Source of the DNA: Candidatus Caldarchaeales archaeon
Lineage (GTDB): Archaea > Thermoproteota > Nitrososphaeria_A > Caldarchaeales > Calditenuaceae
Assembly (NCBI GenBank): GCA_032249095.1
Contig: JAVVGN010000045.1
Coordinates: 1 to 15,992 of the forward strand
Direction: 5' to 3'
Length of the DNA: 15,992 nt
Positions 7,989 through 13,510 of the stretch are shown here, in pieces. A program made the position numbers and the translations under genes. Under the pieces are notes generated by a model. That model saw nothing but the letters and a program-made list of their open reading frames with translations. It had not been told where the DNA came from and did not search any database. The stretch's first letter is position 1, and each line of letters opens with the position of its first letter.

Positions 7989-8552
7989 CTAGTTGTCACC
8001 CCCTATTTTCGTGGTGGTTGTGGTAGTGGTTACCGTGTATGTTTGCGTTGTAGTGGTTATGACTGTTGTGGTGACGGTGGTGAGTCTGTATGTCCCGAGA
8101 GTCGTTGTTGATGTCGTGCTCACAGTTGTGGGCGTTGTTAGCGTCGTCACGGTTGTTACAGTCGTCGTCTGAGTCGTAGTCGTAGGTCCATAGACCGTGG
8201 TGGATCTCGTGGTTGTCGTAGTCAACACACGATACACAGTGACGGTTGTAGTCGCGGTGACACTATTTGTCAGGGTTCGGACAGTGGTGGTAGTTGTGGT
8301 GGTTATTGTTCTTATGACTCTGGTCGAGAGGGTGCTTATGGTTCTGGTCGTAGTCGTCGTCGTGGTGGTTGATGCCGTGGCCTCCCCCGATAGCACAGTC
8401 GTCGTCTCCGTCGTCGTTACATAGGTGGTTGTTGTTGTCGTTACGGTGGTGTATGTAGTCGAGGTTGATGTCCGCGTCCTAGAGCCCTGTGCCAAGACCT
8501 CTCCAACGTGTGCCGAGAAGCCGATCAATACGATGAGCGCCAAGACGGTCAC
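7989..8552 (-). CDS. Secreted hyper-threonine-rich protein (about 56% Thr after the signal peptide)
   Basis: The minus-strand ORF sits 2 nt before and 20 nt after its neighbouring genes. The hydrophobic N-terminus is MTVLALIVLIGFSAHVGEVLA/QGS. Then follow 163 aa made almost only of T, V, S, R, Y and I. The composition matches the in-frame Thr-rich tail of the upstream 605-aa gene, which supports this strand and frame. The start may lie further upstream (see findings). Confidence 0.65.
   Translation of the reverse strand: MTVLALIVLIGFSAHVGEVLAQGSRTRTSTSTTYTTVTTTTTTYVTTTETTTVLSGEATASTTTTTTTTRTISTLSTRVIRTITTTTTTTVRTLTNSVTATTTVTVYRVLTTTTTRSTTVYGPTTTTQTTTVTTVTTLTTPTTVSTTSTTTLGTYRLTTVTTTVITTTTQTYTVTTTTTTTKIGGDN
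7992..8480 (-). repeat. Low-complexity ACN-codon (Thr) coding tract 1
   Basis: The plus strand is almost entirely G/T-rich triplets (ggt, tgt, cgt, agt, gta, gac). No exact repeat unit is discernible by eye. Confidence 0.8.
7996..8003 (-). promoter_or_regulatory. Shine-Dalgarno-like site for the 448-aa gene
   Basis: The minus strand reads gggggtga, followed 9 nt later by the ATG at 7986. Confidence 0.5.
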
Positions 8553-8572
8553 GAGAGCCGCGGCATCCCTCC

Positions 8573-10390
8573 TCAGAGGGCCTTCACCTCCATCCTCCTC
8601 GCTAGGCGCCAGAGCAGCGGCGCCAGACCAGCCGAGGCGGCGACTGCCCCGCCCATAGCCATCAGGGCCTCGTAGCCGCTATTAACCGTTCCAGCCCCCA
8701 CCGGAAGGACCGGTACTGCCCCTCCGGCCCTGCTTATGGTAGTGGTGGTCGTGGTGGTTGTGGTCACGGTGGTCCGCGCGGTGGAGGTGCTTGTGGCAGT
8801 AGATGTCACCGTGTAGGTGGCGGTGTAGGAGGTGGTGGTTTGGGTTATGGTCGTGGTGGCGGTGGGGGAGTAGAGGGTGCTGGTCTGGGTTGTGCTTGAG
8901 GCTGTCCTGACGGTGGAGGTGGTGGTGTAGCTGGTCGAAGTTCGTGCTAGGGTGACCCACTGCGTTGATGTGTAGCTGGTGAACGTGGCCATCCTGGTTG
9001 TCACGGTCGTTGTGGTGGTAGTGCTTGATGTACTTGTCGAGATAGTGGTTCTGGTTGATGTTGTGGTTGTGGTAGACGTGTATACGGTCCGCGTAGTAGT
9101 TGTCGTTGTCGTGCTGGTCAGCGTTCTAGTGGTGCTCGGCACCGTTGTGGACGTGGTTTTCGTGGTCGTCGCCGTAGCTGTCGCCGTCACGGTTGTCGTA
9201 AGAGTAACCCAAACAACCTCGACATCCGTTACGTCTACATACTCTATGCTGACCTCGTAGAGGTTCAGTATCGAGGTTGGTGGGTTCAGGTGGTAGGTCC
9301 CCTGGGAGACTTGGTACATCACTCCCTGGGGATCAAAGTCCAAGAGGAGCCGCCCACCAGTGGTATAGCTGCTGACGCAGTCCCGTATCGCTAGCGTGAC
9401 TTGGACGGTGGCCTGGTCCGTCGAATAGGCAGAGACTAGGAAGCTGTTGGCAAGCCTATTCAGAAGATCTACATTGAGCTTAGCATAATCAGGGAAGATA
9501 ACGTCTCCCGCCACATCAAAGCGCCATATCTGGGGGAGGATGGTGTAGTCATCGGAGGTGATTGACACGGTCATGGGGTACCGGAGCGTCTGCCCCGATA
9601 GGGGGACGCGGATCTCCATCGGCGGCTCGCCCGACACGTGGATCGCTCCGCCCGCTAGGTTTCCACCCCCATCCAGAATCTTTACATCGATGTTTGTGTC
9701 TAGCACTCGGTCGCTCGCCATCAGCAACCTCAGCTTAACCTCATTGTTCACCACGAAAACTAGCTCCCCGTTCTCCAGCGCCGCCGATTCCACTGGATCA
9801 ACAAGCTCCACGAAGATCCAGCTGCTTGGCGGGGGGCAGGACTCGCTTAACCCCGCGCGGGGCGTAGCTGCCTCGAAGGACGAGACCTTGAAGAGCTCCG
9901 TCCTTAGGAGGGCCTCGATGGATCCCGGATCGCCAGGCCTTATGAGGGCTGTTGGTAGATAGTGCGCGGTAACCAGGATGGGGTCGCCCCTGCGGCATCC
10001 GGGGCATCTGAAGGAGACCTCCGCGACCTCTGCAACATTCAGCGTGACAAAGCGGGACGGGTCGAGGCCGCTATCGTAGGCGAGCGAGCCATTCCGATAA
10101 ACTATTATGCGGAAGATAGTGATCCTCTCGTATCCTACGTTTCTAAACCTTGCCACCCCGTATCCAGCCTCCTCAGGGATCCTCCAGTCGGGGAAGTACA
10201 CGTAGTCAGCCCCCAGCATCGACCTGAGGACGAGGCTATCCTTGTTGAGGCTCTGGACAGCCTCCTGCCTCCCGATAGACGAGTAGGAGGAGAGGAGTCC
10301 GAGCATGCCAAGCCCTATTGCGACGACCACAGAGAGCGTCATCGCTGTAGAGACAACGTCTGAGTCGCCCCTACGCGGCCCACGCCTCAA
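8573..10390 (-). CDS. Large type IV pilin-like (class III signal) protein, family A, with a C-terminal Thr-rich stalk and a C-terminal hydrophobic anchor
   Basis: The N-terminus is (TTG)RRGPRRG/DSDVVSTAMTLSVVVAIGLGMLGLL. The N-domain shares FRNVGYERITIFRIIVY...CPGCRRGDPILVTAHYLPTALIRPGDP with the 172- and 400-aa proteins. Residues 396-552 are about 56% Thr. The C-terminus is YEALMAMGGAVAASAGLAPLLWRLARRMEVKAL. The TTG start overlaps the upstream stop as TTGA, with gaggtga 7 nt upstream. Confidence 0.75.
   Translation of the reverse strand: MRRGPRRGDSDVVSTAMTLSVVVAIGLGMLGLLSSYSSIGRQEAVQSLNKDSLVLRSMLGADYVYFPDWRIPEEAGYGVARFRNVGYERITIFRIIVYRNGSLAYDSGLDPSRFVTLNVAEVAEVSFRCPGCRRGDPILVTAHYLPTALIRPGDPGSIEALLRTELFKVSSFEAATPRAGLSESCPPPSSWIFVELVDPVESAALENGELVFVVNNEVKLRLLMASDRVLDTNIDVKILDGGGNLAGGAIHVSGEPPMEIRVPLSGQTLRYPMTVSITSDDYTILPQIWRFDVAGDVIFPDYAKLNVDLLNRLANSFLVSAYSTDQATVQVTLAIRDCVSSYTTGGRLLLDFDPQGVMYQVSQGTYHLNPPTSILNLYEVSIEYVDVTDVEVVWVTLTTTVTATATATTTKTTSTTVPSTTRTLTSTTTTTTTRTVYTSTTTTTSTRTTISTSTSSTTTTTTVTTRMATFTSYTSTQWVTLARTSTSYTTTSTVRTASSTTQTSTLYSPTATTTITQTTTSYTATYTVTSTATSTSTARTTVTTTTTTTTTISRAGGAVPVLPVGAGTVNSGYEALMAMGGAVAASAGLAPLLWRLARRMEVKAL
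8584..8591 (-). promoter_or_regulatory. Strong Shine-Dalgarno-like site inside the 3-prime end of the 605-aa gene
   Basis: The minus strand reads ggaggtga. Exactly 7 nt downstream is a CTG (8576-8574) in the frame of the Thr-rich ORF, overlapping the TGA stop as CTGA. Confidence 0.4.
8606..8674 (-). other. C-terminal hydrophobic segment followed by a basic cluster (membrane anchor or sorting-signal-like)
   Basis: ALMAMGGAVAASAGLAPLLW is followed by RLARRMEVKAL. It is preceded by AGGAVPVLPVGAG immediately after the Thr-rich stalk. Confidence 0.5.
8735..9205 (-). repeat. Low-complexity ACN-codon (Thr/Ser) coding tract 2, the stalk of the 605-aa protein
   Basis: Residues 396-552 contain about 88 Thr of 157 by hand count. 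It shares the 14-mer gtggtggttgtggt (8751-8764) with tract 1 (8021-8034). Confidence 0.8.
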
Positions 10391-11589
10391 GAAAGTGTCA
10401 CCTCAACGTGATAGATGTCGGTGATGTCGAGGGGCGCGGGCAGGTCGAGATACGTGGTATCCCACTGTACGCCGGCCGGGAGTGAGACGGTTCTCGACAT
10501 GTCGGCAAGAAGGTTTCCCGCGCAGTCTCTCAGAACTAAGTTAAGCCGGAATGTTACGGGCTCGTCCTGTTTCCCTATCTCGACCTGAATGGTCGTCACG
10601 ACGGGGTTGTCGCTGATGTAGGAGATGTACTGGGTGATGAGGCCGATACCGGAGACGTGGGCGCTGCGGTCTGGCAGCGCGCCAAACTTGAAGTGGCTCG
10701 GTATGGGTATGTAGGAGGACCCCACTACCGATAAGTCGAAGGGAGTGCCTATACCGATGACGCCCCCGACGAACTGCTCATATGTTACGCCAACCCTGAG
10801 GTCCGCAGTCAAAGTTTGGGAGGAGTCCTGGTCAGCGAGCTGGAACTCGAACTGTTGTGTGCTTAGCGTTAGGGGTCTTGCATAGCTTATGAGGACTGAG
10901 AAGCGGTTGTTCGGCGGGTTTGAAAAGGAGCCGGTCAGGAAGTTCGTCACGGGGTCAACAGATGTAAAGGCGGCCCACCTAGCCCCCTCCGGCAGGGCGC
11001 AGGGGCTGCCGATCCTCGTTCCGGGATAAATTATAAGCGTCTCGACATACCGCATCTCGTCCGCCGACAGCTCGGGGTTTGCGTTGTCGTACAGCGCCCT
11101 AGCTATGTACCAGATCCTTATTCTGGTTCTCTCCCCGAAGAAGCAGGAGCTGCATGTTGGCAGCTCAGAACTCGTGAACTCGGCCTTCTCCTGGGGCGAG
11201 ATGGGGTCGAGCCCGCCTGATCCACAGGCGACCCACCTAGCTGGGGGGCTGGGCCACGCGCCGCCTAGCGAGCCGTCCTGCCTTATGAGCTCTATTCGGG
11301 TCACACACAGGTCTAGGGGGGAGATGTTTCTGAGCACAATAAGCCTCAGGTCCTCCCTGGAGGTGTAGCGGACCAGCTCGAAGGCCAGGAGACCGGAGGT
11401 CCTTACTAGGGCGATGCCCTTGTCCGTCTTTTGCGTCGTGTCCGTCGCATTGATGGCGAACCAGCTCGTGGCGAGGGATATGAGGATCAGCCCAACGGCT
11501 AGGGTGATTGCGGCCAAAATGACTGAGGATAGGACTGGAGAGACGCCGCGGGTCCCGTTGCCGGTTGTACGGCGCCTGCTAGACTTCAA
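10387..11589 (-). CDS. Type IV pilin-like (class III signal) protein, family A
   Basis: The N-terminus is (TTG)KSSRRRTTGNGTRG/VSPVLSSVILAAITLAVGLILISL, the canonical archaeal pilin RG/VSPV...ILxAIT motif. The N-domain LRLIVLRNISPLDLCVTRIELI...CSSCFFGERTRIRIWYIARALYDNANP is paralogous to the 172- and 605-aa proteins. No ATG or GTG is available upstream in frame. Confidence 0.8.
   Translation of the reverse strand: MKSSRRRTTGNGTRGVSPVLSSVILAAITLAVGLILISLATSWFAINATDTTQKTDKGIALVRTSGLLAFELVRYTSREDLRLIVLRNISPLDLCVTRIELIRQDGSLGGAWPSPPARWVACGSGGLDPISPQEKAEFTSSELPTCSSCFFGERTRIRIWYIARALYDNANPELSADEMRYVETLIIYPGTRIGSPCALPEGARWAAFTSVDPVTNFLTGSFSNPPNNRFSVLISYARPLTLSTQQFEFQLADQDSSQTLTADLRVGVTYEQFVGGVIGIGTPFDLSVVGSSYIPIPSHFKFGALPDRSAHVSGIGLITQYISYISDNPVVTTIQVEIGKQDEPVTFRLNLVLRDCAGNLLADMSRTVSLPAGVQWDTTYLDLPAPLDITDIYHVEVTLS
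10398..10404 (-). promoter_or_regulatory. Shine-Dalgarno-like site for the 605-aa gene
   Basis: The minus strand reads gaggtga, followed 7 nt later by the TTG at 10390. Confidence 0.5.
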
Positions 11590-11624
11590 TTCTCGCCCAC
11601 ACGCTGGGCATGGGATATTGTTCC

Positions 11625-11637
11625 CCCTATATATGTG
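11625..11637 (-). promoter_or_regulatory. Internal promoter candidate (TATA box) for the 400-aa gene and downstream genes
   Basis: The minus strand reads cacatatataggg in the only sizeable gap of the cluster (166 nt, 11590-11755). It lies about 36-48 nt upstream of the TTG at 11589. A 6-bp perfect inverted repeat, aatcag-n5-ctgatt (11669-11685), lies about 40 nt further upstream. Confidence 0.4.
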
Positions 11638-11755
11638 CGATAGGTCGCGTAGGGTGCCGGATTTGTCAATCAGTCTGGCTGATTAGCCGGATGTGCAATG
11701 ACCGCTGTAGGCGTTTCGGCGGCCTGGAAAAGGTTGGCCATTGCCGGGGCGTTCG

Positions 11756-12946
11756 TTACCCCCGCCTCTGCGGCCTGACGGTTATAGATGTGGAGTCGCT
11801 GTCCGAGGGGTATGCCAGGCCGGATTCCTGGCCGGTCCCTGCGCTTGAGAGGGCGGGGATTGTGATGGTTATCGAGCCGGGGTTATTGCTCCTGAGGTCT
11901 GCGGCGTTTAGGTTGCAGCGGAGCGCTATTGTTGTTGAGCCCGGTGTCAAGGTATCTCCCAGTTGTATGCAGATGAGCGTTCCTGACTCGTAGTCTCCGG
12001 ATAGAGTGATTGAGTTCTGTATGGCCGCATGGTTTATTCCGACGCCCTCGCCGGCCTGTGCGGGGAGTGAGAGTGTTATGTCGAAGCTGAATGACTCGCC
12101 CTCGAGGACCCTTGAGGGCGCAATGATTTCTAGGTCGATGGTTTGCGGGGTTATCTCTGTCCTCGAGAGTATGAATACGACGTTCCAGTAGTCGGGTAGG
12201 GTTACCTCGGCGGGATTTGTGCTTGGCGCGATGAGTCTCCCCGGGCCTATTAGCCCTCCGTTCTCTAGGAGGTAGACATGGAATGTTCCTGCTGTCGCTC
12301 CGAAGGATAGAGATATGTTTTCGTTGCTCGCGGTGGCCTTATACGTGATGGATCGTGGCTGTATGTCGGCGTCCCCTTGTGGGGATATGAGGATTGTGTA
12401 CTGGTTTCCCCTCTTCATGTTGATTATGGAGACCGTGAGGGTGTAGGGGTAGAGGCCTGATGCGAGCCTGCCCCCGATGATGAGTACTGGTGTGGAGGCG
12501 AAGAGCCTTCCCCTCTCCGTGACCGCTATGAACTGGGCCCTCCCCGTAAAGTTTGTGAGGCATTGGTCTACGCGGACCGATGTGTTCCAGCCCGGCGAGA
12601 CGTCTATCGGCGTCTGGATGCATGGGTCGCCGCCTATCGGTGCCGCCTCCTCGACATCCATGGCCCAGATCCTCTGGACCCTGATCATTAGTGGTGATGT
12701 GTTTTTGAGCACCAGCCTTATCTGGTTGCTCGTGGATGGGAATGGTATTATTGTCCCCTCAATCGCGATCTCGAGGCTCTCCGTGGCTCGGTCTATGTCT
12801 CTTATCCTCCTGTAGTTGAGCTCGTTGGAGTAGAGGTTGTATAGGGTTGACATGTATAGGTAGAGTGGGACTAGCGTTGTGAAGAATATGGCTATCGCTA
12901 TCGCCACCCCGACCATCGTGGAGACTCCTGCCCTATCTCGCCTCAT
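11756..12946 (-). CDS. Large type IV pilin-like (class III signal) surface protein, family B
   Basis: The N-terminus is MRRDRA/GVSTMVGVAIAIAIFFTTLVPLYLYM. It is paralogous to the 448-aa protein. The ATG at 12946 overlaps the upstream gene by 14 nt. Confidence 0.75.
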   Translation of the reverse strand: MRRDRAGVSTMVGVAIAIAIFFTTLVPLYLYMSTLYNLYSNELNYRRIRDIDRATESLEIAIEGTIIPFPSTSNQIRLVLKNTSPLMIRVQRIWAMDVEEAAPIGGDPCIQTPIDVSPGWNTSVRVDQCLTNFTGRAQFIAVTERGRLFASTPVLIIGGRLASGLYPYTLTVSIINMKRGNQYTILISPQGDADIQPRSITYKATASNENISLSFGATAGTFHVYLLENGGLIGPGRLIAPSTNPAEVTLPDYWNVVFILSRTEITPQTIDLEIIAPSRVLEGESFSFDITLSLPAQAGEGVGINHAAIQNSITLSGDYESGTLICIQLGDTLTPGSTTIALRCNLNAADLRSNNPGSITITIPALSSAGTGQESGLAYPSDSDSTSITVRPQRRG

Positions 12947-13451
12947 ACCTAGCTACCTGGGCTGACATTACGTTTCTCGCTGGGTCTGCACTGCTGTATA
13001 GGTGCGCGGGCATGTACCAGAGCTCGACTATGTATGGCGGCTCTCCCGGATATCTCTCGCATCCCTGTATGGTTTCGAACCTGTCTGGGGAGGCGGCGAC
13101 TATGGTTGGCTGGATGTTGTACCTTATGCCTGGTGAGGGCCGTGATTTAGGGTAGATTGTGCAGCTGATGACTATTACGTCGTTCATCCCGGGGTTGGAG
13201 ACCCAGACGGCGTTGGTCTGGAGCGAGGCCGCCTCGACTACTAGGAGGATTCTGTGCTGGGAGATCATCCTGTCGTATTCTCTCGATATCTGTGTTCCCT
13301 GGCTCGAGACGTAGCCGAGGGAGAGCGCCCAGAGGGCCACGCCCAGTGTGACGACGCCCGCGAAGAGGAGGATCTCGCCTAGGAGTATTGTGTCGCCTCT
13401 TTTGTTTCGGGGCTGGCGCCTCCTACACATGGGGTTGATTGTCGCGTCCAT
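12933..13451 (-). CDS. Type IV pilin-like (class III signal) protein, family A, stand-alone N-module (pilin-sized)
   Basis: The N-terminus is MDATINPMCRRRQPRNKRG/DTILLGEILLFAGVVTLGVALWAL. It then has AVWVSNPGMNDVIVISCTIY...GCERYPGEPPYIVELWYMPAHLYSSADP, matching the N-domains of the 400- and 605-aa proteins. It is the first gene of the block. Confidence 0.75.
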   Translation of the reverse strand: MDATINPMCRRRQPRNKRGDTILLGEILLFAGVVTLGVALWALSLGYVSSQGTQISREYDRMISQHRILLVVEAASLQTNAVWVSNPGMNDVIVISCTIYPKSRPSPGIRYNIQPTIVAASPDRFETIQGCERYPGEPPYIVELWYMPAHLYSSADPARNVMSAQVARYEAR

Positions 13452-13477
13452 TTACTGATTGTCAGTTTTGGTGGGTC

Positions 13478-13490
13478 TGATATAAGTTTT
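13478..13490 (-). promoter_or_regulatory. TATA-box candidate for the pilin-like operon
   Basis: The minus strand reads aaaacttatatca, about 27-39 nt upstream of the ATG at 13451, in the 59-nt gap after the GT-C gene. Confidence 0.5.
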
Positions 13491-13510
13491 CTGAGGTGTT
13501 TGCCGGCTCT

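Noticed and set aside
8197-9260. Plus-strand Val-rich ORFs (8197-8424, 8425-8658, 8979-9260), for example VVVVVVNTRYTVTVVV.
   Set aside because: They are the antisense mirror of ACN (Thr) codons. The minus-strand reading is continuous with a 605-aa ORF that has a proper N-terminal domain, and it is tightly coupled to its neighbours, so the plus-strand ORFs are artefacts.
8573-13451. The RGD tripeptide at the putative cleavage sites of the 172-aa (KRGDT) and 605-aa (RRGDS) proteins, as an integrin-type adhesion motif.
   Set aside because: It lies in the signal or leader junction, where it would be split by prepilin-peptidase cleavage after Gly. There is no biological context for integrin binding, so it is most likely coincidence.
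6640-13451. Interpreting the block as an archaellum (fla/arl) operon.
   Set aside because: No archaellin-type N-terminus or conserved archaellin core is present, and there are no FlaH/FlaI/FlaJ genes. Similarity of family B to FlaF/FlaG-type proteins cannot be excluded without profile searches and is listed as a refutation test.
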